The notes under the pieces: model-generated
The model's input: the letters and a program-made list of their open reading frames with translations, nothing else
Told to the model about the DNA's origin: nothing
Databases searched by the model: none
Translations under genes and position numbers: made by a program
Shown here: piece after piece, positions 29,802 through 40,828 of the stretch
How the letters are laid out: each line of letters opens with the position of its first letter
How positions within the stretch are numbered: position 1 is the stretch's first letter
DNA from: a virus
Taxonomy: Duplodnaviria; Caudoviricetes
IMG/VR virus record: IMGVR_UViG_3300021399_000118
Coordinates: 56,916-120,915 of that record
DNA: 64,000 bases
Reading direction: 5' to 3' (one strand)

Positions 29802-30333
29802 TCTTTGCTCCAGCTAATTCTATTTTTGTTTCAGTGAAGTGCGTTGAAGTTAACTTCAATCAACTTCAAAAGCCTCTTTCTTTATTTTGCTTTCAAGAAC
29901 TTTTACTTCGCACCTTGCGTGGCAGGCCATGCTTACGCCGATGCAGGCAATAGATCTGTCATTTTGTCCGTTGCAGGCGTCAATCATGGCAAGAACAAAG
30001 AAGACTATTCCAAAGACAAGCCAGGCTGTCGCAAAGAAATTTTCATAAAATACTTTCATTTCTGTACCTCATTTCACTTTCAAAGTATCGCACGATCTTT
30101 CGTGTCACGCCGCTCATGCTTACCAGGCATTCGAAAGGAACCATATTGTTCATTTGCTTCTCCTGGATATTTCAAGTTCAACCCGTTCGATTGCATCCAA
30201 TAGTCGATCATCCAGCCAATTTACAAATCTCCATCCAATTCGATGGTTTGCAAGCAAAAATCTCCAGGTTGCTCTTCTGAACACCCAGAGCATTTTCAAT
30301 AACGCGTTCATTTCCGCTTCACCTTTCTTCCGC

Positions 30334-32585
30334 TTAAGGAATTCCCTGAGTTACATCCCAGCAATCCAGGATCGTTTCATGAGCTTTCCCGATCCATCTG
30401 TCGATATAATCACTTGCTTCGCCTTTTGTTCTTCCGGTAAAAGGAGGCAGCGGCCAATCAGAGAATTCTCTTATATCTCTAATCATTTCAAGTTGCTTTT
30501 CTGTTGCCGGATCGTCGCGCCAACTCATTCCCATTTCACCGCCCTTCCGGACTTTAAGCAACATCCTTTTTTCTTAAACAAACATAAAAATGCCATCCAA
30601 TCCAAACAAAGAAAACAAAAAATTGCTCTTCATTTGATTTAAGCAATGGGTGGTAAAACCACTTAAATTCTCTTGCATATTTTCTTATGCCGAAGCCAAA
30701 GCGCCCTATTGTCATTCCCATTTCACCGCCTGTCTCTGTTCGTCTGTCGGCTTGCCAGTCCAAATACGACATACGCCGTCAACCGCATACATGATGATTT
30801 TCTGTAAGTCAAAATTGTTTAATCTAATCGGGCAATCATTGTCTTTAAACTCAACGTATATTTCTGTTAGTTCGTCCAGCGTCATCACACGCGGTTCCTG
30901 TTGTTTTGGATCCAACTTCTTCAGGAAGACCAGCGCATCTTTCATTACCTGGGCTCTGCATCCATATACTCCATCATATGGGCATTCTTTACATCTGAAC
31001 TGATCTTGACCTACACAGACTGAAATACCCTTGATTACGTTATCAAGACTTGGCATTTTATTTTGTCTCCTTTTCCCTCAGGAGATCCTTGAGCCGATCA
31101 TTTTCCACAATCAGCTCCCAGATCCGTTGATTCCGGTCTTTTATCAACGCCAGAGCATCGCGCATCATTGGCTTCCTGCAGTCCATTGTGCTATAACAGC
31201 CTTTAACTTTATACCCGCAGTCCATGCAATTTCCATGACCAAGACAGATGTTGAGCGCATTGATCACTTTCATCATATCAATCATTAAATTCCACCGTCT
31301 CTCCATCCATCTTTGCTCCGCAATGCGGACAAAACAACGACAGCTTCTTTTTCATAGGATAATACGGAAATACTTTCACATGACATTCAGAGCAATAAAC
31401 GCCGGCATTAGAACATTTTTGAAGATCTATCCAATGCCCATGTTTCGGCTCTTTCAGCAGAGCGAAAATGTCATTTTTTAATTCGTCTGTGCATTCATGA
31501 TTTTGATAGTACGGACAATCGTTTTCGTAACAAGCGTCTGAAACACCAAAGGCACAATGTTCAAGTCCTTTGATTGCCTTCTCCAGGTCAGCCATCCCAC
31601 TTCACCGCCTTATCCATCCGTTGAATGTTGATATCTCAAGTAATGCTTTTATGTTGTCTGCAATCACTGATAATGTATCGTCCGGTTCCATGCTGTTTTC
31701 AACGGCATAATCGCATATTTCTGTTATGACATGTGTCATAAACTCTTCTTCAGACATCCTACTTCACCGCCTTTCCTGTTCTGCATATTTTTTGTGGCGT
31801 GTTTCCCATCTCCCGTAATATTCCTCGCTGTCGATTTCTCCCTTGTGCAAAGCAATTAAGTCATCAGCGCAGTCAATACAGTCATGAATCAGGAATGGTT
31901 CTCTATCGCAGAACCCTCGTTCAGATAAGGTGAAGTCTCCCTTGCTGATCGGTGCTTCGCAATAAACGCACTTCGTATCCTTCCGAACTTTGACGAGGTG
32001 GCTGTGCCAATTTCTGATGTCCGTGTCCATATCATCAGACGGCATTTCCAAATCATCATATTCAGCAATCGGATATTTGTTGGTCTTCATTCCCACTTCA
32101 CCGCCTGTCCGCATTGATCACAATACATTTGCTTTTTAAAGAGAAAGCACTTATGACACTTTGGACACCTATAAAGACGGTAGGTTCCCATCTCTTCTAC
32201 TTTCGGCTCGACCGCTTCTTGCTCTTTCAGCAGGGCGATAATTTCTTTTGCTTGCCCCTGAGTCAGTATAAGCAGCTCATCGTCGGCTGCATATTTCTGC
32301 AAGTCATCAAGTTGAAGCTCCAACTGTCTAACAACCTTTCCTGCGTTAATCATTCCATTCCACCTTCCGTCCGCATTTCGAGCAATAGTTATCCCGCCAA
32401 CTGTTGGAAATAATTACAAGATGCTTTCCGCAGTTTCCGCAGGCATATCTTGTTACAAGCCCGTCCACAAGCTGTTTCGGCTCAACAGGTTCATGTTCTT
32501 TCAGCAAAGCCCTGAGCCGGTCATTCTCTGCCTGCAGATCCCATATACAGTTTTCCAGTTTCATAACGATTGGTTCCCAGACCAA
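30334..32585 (-). other. Cluster of short overlapping accessory ORFs, many with Cys-rich zinc-ribbon motifs
   Basis: ORFs at 30712, 31058, 31278, 31764, 32087 and 32346 carry CxxC motifs and share KxIKGL..C or ALLKEQE..EPK...CxxCG..VKW motifs. Confidence 0.6.
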
Positions 32586-32622
32586 TTATTTCGCCTCCTC
32601 AATCTATTCATGCTATTTGTAG

Positions 32623-32695
32623 TACTACCGCCCGGATTCGAACCGGGAATCTTCGGCTTATAAGGCCGCGGCTCTGACCCTTGAGCTACGGTAGC
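32623..32695 (-). tRNA. tRNA-Ile(UAU)
   Basis: GCTACCG acceptor, GCTC D-stem, CT-TAT-AA anticodon loop, GGTTCGAATCC T-arm; no encoded CCA. Confidence 0.85.
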
Positions 32696-32890
32696 ATATT
32701 CAGTGAGGTGCGCCATAACTGCGACACCTCACCTACTCCTGCTAATCACATCGTGCCGGACACTACTCCGCCTTGATATGCAACCTCGGAGACGGCAGAG
32801 GCATGGTCGCGTACTTCAACCTTGTCCTTGATCCGTTGGTGAGACGGACTGTAACAAGGCGGCTCCGTGTTTCGCTTGCCGGTTATAGAT

Positions 32891-32964
32891 TGGCAGGATG
32901 ACTGTGAATCGAACACAGGCCTGCGGTTTTGGAGACCGCCGTTCTGCCACTAAACTATCATCCT
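32891..32964 (-). tRNA. tRNA-Trp(CCA)
   Basis: AGGATGA acceptor, GCGGT-CTCCAAA-ACCGC anticodon arm, GTTCGATTC T-loop, encoded CCA. Confidence 0.9.
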
Positions 32965-32970
32965 TAATTA

Positions 32971-33093
32971 AATGCGGGTAAGGATTTGCACCTTACATAA
33001 CAGGATAACGGACTCCCTGTCTCCCTATTCACGCTCCATTTTGCCGAAGGTTTGGCGTTTTCGGTCAGCGTATACCTTTTCCGCCACCGCATA
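32971..33093 (-). ncRNA. Expanded tRNA-like RNA, copy 1
   Basis: ATGCGG/CCGCAT acceptor, Leu-like D-arm GCGGAAAAGGTATACGC, T-arm GTAAGG-TGCAAAT-CCTTAC, enlarged non-canonical centre. Confidence 0.55.
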
Positions 33094-33600
33094 TGTCATT
33101 CTTTAATCACATAGCTTTGTTATGATTGCGCCTGTCAGAACTCCTATGCAAAGAATCAAAACTGCCATTTGTCCATCCATGCGTTCGCCCGTCCTTTAAG
33201 TCACTTCGTTTTCTACCTCGTTTAATGTTGCCATTATGTTAATATAGAGCATATTTAAGTTACATCCACGGTCTATTCCCAATGACCGCTTGCGCTTCCT
33301 CGTAGCACAAAATTCTGAACCACTCCCATTTGCTGAAAATCCGGTCGAACTTTTTGTGGCGAATGATAAACCTAAGAACACCTCGAATGTATTTGTGCAT
33401 TGATCTCACCTCGTGTTATTCCTGCCATTGTTTAATTATATCCCACCCATCCGCAATCGCATTCATATTGACTTTGTGGAGGATATGAAGCAAGAATAAT
33501 ATCGGTTCTTACATAAATTTTCTTTCCGCATTTGGGACAATCGATATCTGTTATTTTTCTTTTTGAATTATTGATGTAATATTCTTTTAGGCTCATTTTC

Positions 33601-33783
33601 TCAAATTCTTCCCAAGTCATTATTAAATCCTCCCAACTTCACCTTCTGACCACATTTAGGGCAATAATGTAAGTCATCATCGTCTCCCATCATCCATGTA
33701 CATTCACACTTTGGGCAAAGCACAACGGTACCATAATACTCATCCACCCAGTTTCTTACTTGTAAAGCTTCGTCATTACTCAT
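33601..33783 (-). CDS. Small zinc-ribbon protein
   Basis: Start MSNDEAL after AGGAGG; CPKC and CPKCG. Confidence 0.55.
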   Translation of the reverse strand: MSNDEALQVRNWVDEYYGTVVLCPKCECTWMMGDDDDLHYCPKCGQKVKLGGFNNDLGRI

Positions 33784-33801
33784 TCCTGTATCTCCTCCTA
33801 A

Positions 33802-33994
33802 AATGCGGGTAGGGATTTGCACCCTACATAACAGACTGTGTACCGTTCGGCTGCTCCGTCTGCCTCGTGTTCGGCTCTGCCTAGCGTCTACTTTAGCCGT
33901 GACCTGCGCCCCTGTAGTCAGGTGTACTTGGATGAGAGTCACGCCCTTATCTACTCTCCGCAGGAATGATGGCAATCTATTCCGCCACCGCATT
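33802..33994 (-). ncRNA. Expanded tRNA-like RNA, copy 2
   Basis: Same ends as copy 1 (AATGCGGTGGCGGAATAG...CTGTTATGTAGGGTGCAAATCCCTACCCGCATT) with ~84-nt D-loop insertion. Confidence 0.55.
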
Positions 33995-34785
33995 AAGTTA
34001 TTCATACCATTCACACCCGTCACAATCGTGAGTGCAACAGGGTTTCTTGTTGTTCTTTGTGTAGTACGTACAGAACTTCTTTTCTTCTCCGATCAGGGCC
34101 TCAATCGCCATATTCAGCGCTTTTCTGTACGTTCCGTTCAGATAGTCATGATGCAGCCTCATGTCGTTGCGGATCATGTCTGCCGCTTCCTGTTTTGTCA
34201 TTTGCAGCCTCCTATATGTTTAGAATTCCATATCCAAGCAGGAAGGTAAAACCTGCAAATAGCGCTGTTGCAACAAGAAGCGTGAGGCCGCCGAGCATCA
34301 GCCGCCAATTTCCTTTCGCTCCGTCCCGGAAATAACAAAACGACATCCAAAGCCCAAAGGCGCAGGCGGCTGAATAAAAAATGATGATTGCCCAGGCCAA
34401 TATCTTGATTAGAGTCAGTGCGAACTCTTCGAAAATCATGCTTCTGCTCCTTCATCGTGATCTTCTTCAAGCCAGGAGATCATATACATTCTTGTGTCTG
34501 TGCACATTTTTCCTTTTGTGTACTCCACTTCCTTCAGTTTGTCGTAGAACTCCTGCTCTGAAAGTGTAGCCAGCCAGTCTTTGTTTTTCATTGGCTTTGC
34601 CTCGTCATTCCACCAATGCGGACAGCGGGGAAAGTATCTTGAAGCGCAGCTTTCCAAACATTTCTGATAACCGCAGGAGCCCAGCCAACAGTTCGTCCCT
34701 GGCAGGACTTCGCACAGAATGGAGCCGTCAAAGCCGAAGGTCTTTATAAATCTCTCTTTGTTTGTCATCGCTGTCTCCTTTTGAG

Positions 34786-35298
34786 TCAGAAGGGTAATTC
34801 GTCAGCTTCGACAGGGACAAATGGCTTGGTTTTATATCCGCCGTCATTAAATTTAATCAGATTCATATTAGCCCAAGCATAAATCCATCTTCTGATGTCA
34901 GACTTTTCGTAATCATTTTTGTCGGAAGCATCACTATCCTCTCTGAAAAACGAAGTTCCAACAATTTGATCGCATAGTGCAATGTTTTCAGAAAGAATCG
35001 TCCATGTATATCCTGCTATCTCTACTTTATTACTTCTCTTTAATCCTGCAGATCCAAAGGACCCGATTAAAGCAGGCCGAACTCCTCCCTCGGCGCTATG
35101 CGGCCTATTATATTCGAGAGTCGCATACAAAGTAACATAATATTGGCCGTTTTCTTCAGAGCGCAGCCACCACCATCTATTTGATTTGTGGATTATTTCT
35201 TCATGTTTTAAATACTCTTCTATCGAAAGAAGAGTGATGTCAGTTAGATTTAAACTAATATGCTTCTTTTTACGAAAGAAGAGCTGTTTTGCATCCAT
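34786..35298 (-). CDS. DUF6273-like (WWLR) protein, paralog of 29367..29801
   Basis: ITLLSIEEY...WWWLRS...GVRPAL...YEKSDIRRWI. Confidence 0.55.
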   Translation of the reverse strand: MDAKQLFFRKKKHISLNLTDITLLSIEEYLKHEEIIHKSNRWWWLRSEENGQYYVTLYATLEYNRPHSAEGGVRPALIGSFGSAGLKRSNKVEIAGYTWTILSENIALCDQIVGTSFFREDSDASDKNDYEKSDIRRWIYAWANMNLIKFNDGGYKTKPFVPVEADELPF

Positions 35299-35317
35299 TT
35301 GAACCGTTCCTCCAAAG

Positions 35318-35881
35318 CTATATTCCGTCTATTTTTGAAACCAACATATCCGCCTGATGAGTCCAAAGTACGTTGGGATATTTGCGAATCGCCCGATCAA
35401 AGCCCTTCCAGTCATTGGTTTCGTAGGCTCCCATGTGATACCGTATGCAGAGAACCTCTTCCTCTGTCAGAGACATATACTGGGACAGAATCATAATTGA
35501 TTTGGTTCCGTGTCCCTCCAGCAGAAGATCTTCATTGCGCTCATACTTCTTTGGCTCTTCGCCTTTGAGCGCTGCCATCGTATCGAAAGGGATCTCGATA
35601 TACTGGTCGCACTTGCAGAGATCATGGAACATCCCCACAACGAACGGGCTGCAGTCTCTCTTCCAGGTAAGATGATTATCCAAGGTTATGTCTGCCAGCC
35701 GGGTGTATACGGTAAGGGAGTGATCAAAGAGGCCTCCCTCGTAGGCTCCGTGGAATCTTGTGGAAGCCGGAGCCGTAAAGAAGCCAAGCTCCTCAAGCTG
35801 GTCGGCGGAAACGGTAACTTCCGGATATTTCAATTTAATCTTGTCATACAGTTCCTTGCGGTATTTCAGCGTCATCGGCAT
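35318..35881 (-). CDS. HD-domain phosphohydrolase
   Basis: FFTAPASTRFHG, DHS, FHDLCK, YHMG, HQAD. Confidence 0.85.
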   Translation of the reverse strand: MPMTLKYRKELYDKIKLKYPEVTVSADQLEELGFFTAPASTRFHGAYEGGLFDHSLTVYTRLADITLDNHLTWKRDCSPFVVGMFHDLCKCDQYIEIPFDTMAALKGEEPKKYERNEDLLLEGHGTKSIMILSQYMSLTEEEVLCIRYHMGAYETNDWKGFDRAIRKYPNVLWTHQADMLVSKIDGI

Positions 35882-36301
35882 GATTTGTATTCTCCTTTGT
35901 AATTCTGTTCAGCGGGCAGAGATCTTTAAGAAATTCCCGGGTTGTCCAGCTATGTAATCCAAAGCCGCTGATGTTGATTTTATTGCGAATGCAGTTGATT
36001 ACTTCACACTCGTCCGCGCAGTACGCTAAGTCATTCATGTTCTTCTCCTGTCCGGATCAGAAGTACGTTGCGCTCGTTTGTGGCGTATTCTGTTCCATCC
36101 TGTGAAGTGATGACAATCCAGCCGCTGGAAATCCGCTGATATTCTGCAACCTGGAACACCAGTTTCTGTCCGTTTCCGTAAGAAAGCACACAGCTTACGG
36201 GGCTCTGAGGCTCTTGTTCAATCTTCGGTGCACAACCGACAAGAAGAACCATACTGAATAAAATCAAAAGAATAAAAGCTAACTTCTTCATATTCGTCCT
36301 T

Positions 36302-36796
36302 TCAGCCTCCCCAATCCTCAAAAGCGTAGGGGCAGGCGATATCTGAATTATAATCATCCAGAGGAACGATGGTTTCCAGCAGCTTATACAGCTTGCATTT
36401 CCGACATTCCTCCCCGTCCAGGGTGCAGAATTTGCACTTTTCCCGGGCGCAGTCAATCATCTCGGTCATATCCTGTTTCTGGACCGCGATGGAGGAGCTT
36501 TCCGGCGTCATCTTTGGGACCAGCCGGATTTCGTAATCCATGGCGCTGTTCCGAAGAGCTTTGCGCTGCTTGTCGGAAACTGTTCCAAGGAGATCCTTGA
36601 AGAGGCTGTTGATGCCGCCGAGAACCATGTTCATTCTGGATTTTCCGTTGGGGATAATGCCAAGTCTTCTGCTTAAATCCTCTTTCGCGTAGGTCACTTC
36701 GCTTGCCAGCACCAGGACCAGCCGCAGAGAGGCCATCTCATTTCTTGTGAGGCGTTCACACTGATCCTCCGGCAGTTCAAACGCTTGCTTTGCCAT
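36302..36796 (-). CDS. Hypothetical protein with C-terminal Cys cluster
   Basis: CKFC...CRKC...CPY. Confidence 0.55.
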   Translation of the reverse strand: MAKQAFELPEDQCERLTRNEMASLRLVLVLASEVTYAKEDLSRRLGIIPNGKSRMNMVLGGINSLFKDLLGTVSDKQRKALRNSAMDYEIRLVPKMTPESSSIAVQKQDMTEMIDCAREKCKFCTLDGEECRKCKLYKLLETIVPLDDYNSDIACPYAFEDWGG

Positions 36797-37197
36797 ATTT
36801 CACATACCTTCTCTTGTGCTCGTCGATCCAGTCGGCGGCCTGTCCCCTCGTTCTGCCCTTGAAGGGAGGGATCTTCAGATCCTCCCGGATGGCAGCAATA
36901 TAAGCCCATTGGCTTTTCGTAACCGGCTCGGATCTCCAGGCTTCTCCGGAAACTTCTTTCATTTCTTTCTCCACTTCCTGGCCGACCAGCCGAACGTGCC
37001 TGATCTTTCTTTCCTCGGCTGTCACCGGATCTCTGTCGAACAAGGGACAGGCATTTACCTGATAGGTAACGCCTTCGGGCTTTACGATTCTTTCCGCATC
37101 CCAGCCTTTCACCGGAGTGAAATTGGCAGACCAGGAGCAGGCCCCTATTGCGTTGGTGCAATCCCAACACAGGGTTTGCTTATATATCATTGCCATG

Positions 37198-37467
37198 TTA
37201 CAGATAACTCTTTCCGAAGAGCTTTCGAAACTCTTCTCTCGTATGTGTTTCCTCGAATTTACGCTGACACACTTCCTGCAGATAACGGTCCAGGTTTTTG
37301 TCCTGGTCGTGTAACCGCATATGGATATCGTGCCGGAGCCAGACCCAGCAGCCGTACTTATCCGCAATCTTCCGGTTCGCGGTGCCGTGATAGATGTGGT
37401 GGCGGTCGAGCTGCGTTTCGCTGCCGGTAATAAAGCATTTTTTCTCAGACTGGAGTATTGAATCCAT
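37198..37467 (-). CDS. Small HNH/Ref-like zinc nuclease-like protein
   Basis: MDSILQ...CFITG...HHIYHG...WLRHDIH...FGKSYL. Confidence 0.6.
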   Translation of the reverse strand: MDSILQSEKKCFITGSETQLDRHHIYHGTANRKIADKYGCWVWLRHDIHMRLHDQDKNLDRYLQEVCQRKFEETHTREEFRKLFGKSYL

Positions 37468-37742
37468 ACGCTTACCACACAATCCAGTTGTAGTCGTATT
37501 CCTTCTGATAGCCGGACTTAGAAGGAGCACAAACGGATTCAAGATCTTCCTCGATCTTTACGTTTTTGTATCTGGCACGGATTTTGTTGTTTGTTTCTGA
37601 CTTTGCATATTTCCGGCGACCGGAAAGATAGAATCTCTGCCAGTAATAGTACCCGCCATTTCTGGGGTCAGGGTTCATGTCCCATTCGAGCCATTCGTCG
37701 TACCGCCTTTTGCACTCTTCCTCGGACACATAGCCGTAGGTT

Positions 37743-38348
37743 TTAGTATAGGCTTTCTTCATCATCTTCTTGTGGTGAAGCTTCCTCTCGCGGCGATTCA
37801 TTCTCATTCGTATCCACTTCCTTCTTCTTTCTTCCCCAGATCTCCAGAGATTTCTCAATCTCCTGCTGGGTTGGAGTAGGAATACCGAGCGCCGTGGCGT
37901 CCTGAATCAGGGAATCAATCAAGGCGCTCATCTGCTTTGAGTCGTAAACAGAGCTGCCGTAGTAGAGCGTCACATTGGTACAGCCCCGAAGCCGGGAGGG
38001 AGACAGCTCAACCTGCCATCCCTGTCCATGCTCCGTCCATCCATTTGTCAGCTTTTCCACGGCATAATCCCGAACACAAACAACATCCGAGACACCGCCG
38101 ATGTCCCGGATTGCGTTTTTGTACACTTCGGATTTCTTAAGATTTGTTTTTTCGGCAATTTTGTCGATGATATACCAGCACAGGGCATTGGCATCCAGGG
38201 ACCTTCTCTTCGAGAGCTTCTTGATTTCCACGGAGACGTCCTTCCCCTGCAGTTCGTCGAAGAGTTCCCCGACATTGGTGTTAAAAGTAATTCTAAGGTC
38301 CTGAGAGCCGTCCAGATTCAGGGAGATATCCTTCAGCCTTCCTGTCAT
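37743..38348 (-). CDS. NinB-like recombination protein
   Basis: RSLDANALCW...GSSVYDSKQMSALID...LGIPT. Confidence 0.6.
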   Translation of the reverse strand: MTGRLKDISLNLDGSQDLRITFNTNVGELFDELQGKDVSVEIKKLSKRRSLDANALCWYIIDKIAEKTNLKKSEVYKNAIRDIGGVSDVVCVRDYAVEKLTNGWTEHGQGWQVELSPSRLRGCTNVTLYYGSSVYDSKQMSALIDSLIQDATALGIPTPTQQEIEKSLEIWGRKKKEVDTNENESPREEASPQEDDEESLY

Positions 38349-39023
38349 TCAGCATCCCCCTTTGTAAGAATGTTCACAAACTCCTCTTCCGTCAGCGGCA
38401 CAACCAGGAGATTCTGAATGGACTTATAGAATCTTTTCGCCATTTTCTCCATTTCTATTTTTATAATATCTTCACACATGCTGAGAATTTCAGACTTTGT
38501 ATCTGGTCTCCGTATCGTCGCCGTATCCGTTTTCCATTCCAGATACGGGTCCCAGCCGAGAGTTGTGCCATTTGTCCAATGATAATTGTTTGTTGTTGTG
38601 GTTGTATAAACTCCGGCTGTTCCGTCAATATGGGTTGGCATTGTTACAGTTCTCCTTCACTGTCCGCCAGGTTGTTGTCGACAGAAACCACGCTGTAGTT
38701 TTCTTTCTTTGTCCAGAGCGGAAGAATATCTGTCAGCCGGTTGCCGACAAGCTTATACTTCCCTCCGTCGGTTGTGTGGAGCATGGTTCCATCTATCATT
38801 TTTACATAGCTAACCCGGATAATGCTTTCCAGCGGAATCAGATGCACATTTCCGGAGCTTTCGTTGATCCTGAGGATTGTCATGTTTTCCTCCTCTCGGT
38901 TCAAAGCATGAATGGCATTCCCTTGCGTCGCATTCACAGTGCCATTTTTTGCAATAGTCGTAATACCATTCATAGCATTCGCAGTTGTCGCAGTTCTTCA
39001 TTGTTTATGGAAAAGGGAGCCGC

Positions 39024-39845
39024 TTAAGCGCGGCTCCCCTTGAAGATGTCGATGGTTTTGCAGATGGTATCAATCTGATCCTTCACCTGAGACAGCAGCT
39101 GCTGATACTTCTTGATCTGTCCTTCGTATTCTTCCTGCTGGTTCATCAGCAATTCCAGCTTCCGCTCCATGGCTTTTGTCATCATCTCATCGGATGCTTC
39201 GATTACGCCGGGAGACAAGGGCTTTTCCGGCACAATTTCCGCTTCCTTCTGCGGCATGACAAGATGGTCAGCTTCAGGTGCAGACGCGGTTTTCGCAGTG
39301 TTTTGCTTCGTTGTTGCCGGCTCTAACAGGCCATGATTCCTGCGATAAGCATAGATCTTCTTCTTGGCCTGGGTTCTAGAGATATTGAAGCGGAACATGG
39401 TGTATTCCAGCTGATTCTCTGCTTTCAGAGATTCCTCATACCAGCCATCCTGATCCGCCCAGCGGTTCTTTCTTTTTGCGGGTTTCTTTTCTTTTACTTC
39501 CTTCTCGAACTCCTTGATCTCTTCATTTACATCACTCAGCATCTTATTCATTTTTCGCTGGGCTTCCGCGTCCGCTCTTGCTTTCTGAAGCAGAGATCCT
39601 TCGTAAGGCACCGCACGATCGCTCTTGGGCGAAATCTTGCCAGTCGTCAGCTCGATCGCTTTCAATCCCGGAGCGCAGGGGCTGGTGCACTTCATGCAGG
39701 TGGAAACCAGTCCCTTGCTCTTGGCGCAGGTCATCAGATGAGTCTTTACGATCGTGCCGAGGCTCATTTCCTCCAGCGGCTGAAGCGCAGTCGGAGCAAG
39801 ATATCCATTGGAAACATAAGGAATATCAGAGGTTCTCATTCCCAT
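39024..39845 (-). CDS. Hypothetical protein with C-terminal coiled coil
   Basis: 273 aa ORF followed by terminator-like hairpin near 39015-39040. Confidence 0.55.
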   Translation of the reverse strand: MGMRTSDIPYVSNGYLAPTALQPLEEMSLGTIVKTHLMTCAKSKGLVSTCMKCTSPCAPGLKAIELTTGKISPKSDRAVPYEGSLLQKARADAEAQRKMNKMLSDVNEEIKEFEKEVKEKKPAKRKNRWADQDGWYEESLKAENQLEYTMFRFNISRTQAKKKIYAYRRNHGLLEPATTKQNTAKTASAPEADHLVMPQKEAEIVPEKPLSPGVIEASDEMMTKAMERKLELLMNQQEEYEGQIKKYQQLLSQVKDQIDTICKTIDIFKGSRA

Positions 39846-40201
39846 TTTTAAAATCCTTTCTGTTTAAATGATTGTCATGTCGTAATGTTCCCAGCCAATC
39901 ATTCTGTTTCTGTAAAAAGCTTTTTCGTCCCCGTCCAGATATTCGAATCTGACCGGTCTTTCCATGTCTGTGGTGCGCGTTCCGAGATACCGGTTGCCAT
40001 ACTCGTCCGTCAGAACAACAACGATGTTCAGCGGGACGCTTCTTATCGGCTTGGGATCCGGCTCTGAGATGAGCTTGACGTCGATGCGTCTCCGGAGATC
40101 CGCGCCGCACCAGGGACATTCAGTTGCCAGACCGTTCTCGTGCCACCAGAAATGATCGCAGTCTGGGCATCTCAGATGATACAGATGCATAGTCTACTCC
40201 T

Positions 40202-40828
40202 TTAAAGAATCATCCAGGACTCCGGAAGGTCGCTGGCCCATTTGATAAACTGCTGCCATTCAACCAGCTTATGGCCTTCCCTTTGCCGGACGATATTTCT
40301 GAGCGCCGCATAGGACATCATGACCGTGCGGTTCTGTTTATAGGACTGCGGAAGAATCTGAATGATTCCACGCCAGATCTTCTTCTTTTCCACCGGATCT
40401 TCACACTTTTGCCAGCGGGCCATATCCTCATTGATGGAGAAGATGATGTCCGACAGCAGAATCGGATTGATGCTGTCATGTTCGAAGTCGTTGGGGGTCA
40501 GAGGCCTGGCCATCAACTTGTGCATGGTGGAGCAGGAAACCTTTTCCACGCCTGCACGGTAGGTGTCAAACTCCTGCCACCAATATCTCGGCGCAGTGAT
40601 GTTTGCCCAGACCATAATCATCCTGGTGTGCTTGCAATGCTCCGGGCCGGCAGCCTGAAGCTTCAATGAAAGCTCCTGATCCTTCGGTCCGACCTTGAAA
40701 TCCGGTCTGTCATCGTATTCGGTTGTGAGCTCGTACCAGGAATCCGATTTAGCCCAGGAGTCCATGGGATTCCGCATGGCGCGGAAAGCCGGTTCGAAAC
40801 CCTCAACCATGATTGTTTGTATATCCAA
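40202..40828 (-). CDS. ThyX/Thy1-like protein
   Basis: AMRNP...ITAPRYWWQEFDTYR...SCSTMH...RQREGHKLVEW; canonical RHRxxSxxxxSxR motif not intact. Confidence 0.5.
   Translation of the reverse strand: MDIQTIMVEGFEPAFRAMRNPMDSWAKSDSWYELTTEYDDRPDFKVGPKDQELSLKLQAAGPEHCKHTRMIMVWANITAPRYWWQEFDTYRAGVEKVSCSTMHKLMARPLTPNDFEHDSINPILLSDIIFSINEDMARWQKCEDPVEKKKIWRGIIQILPQSYKQNRTVMMSYAALRNIVRQREGHKLVEWQQFIKWASDLPESWMIL

Noticed and set aside
33784-34023. N-terminal extension of ORF 33601..34023
   Set aside because: It overlaps tRNA-like element 2; the RBS-supported start is at 33783.
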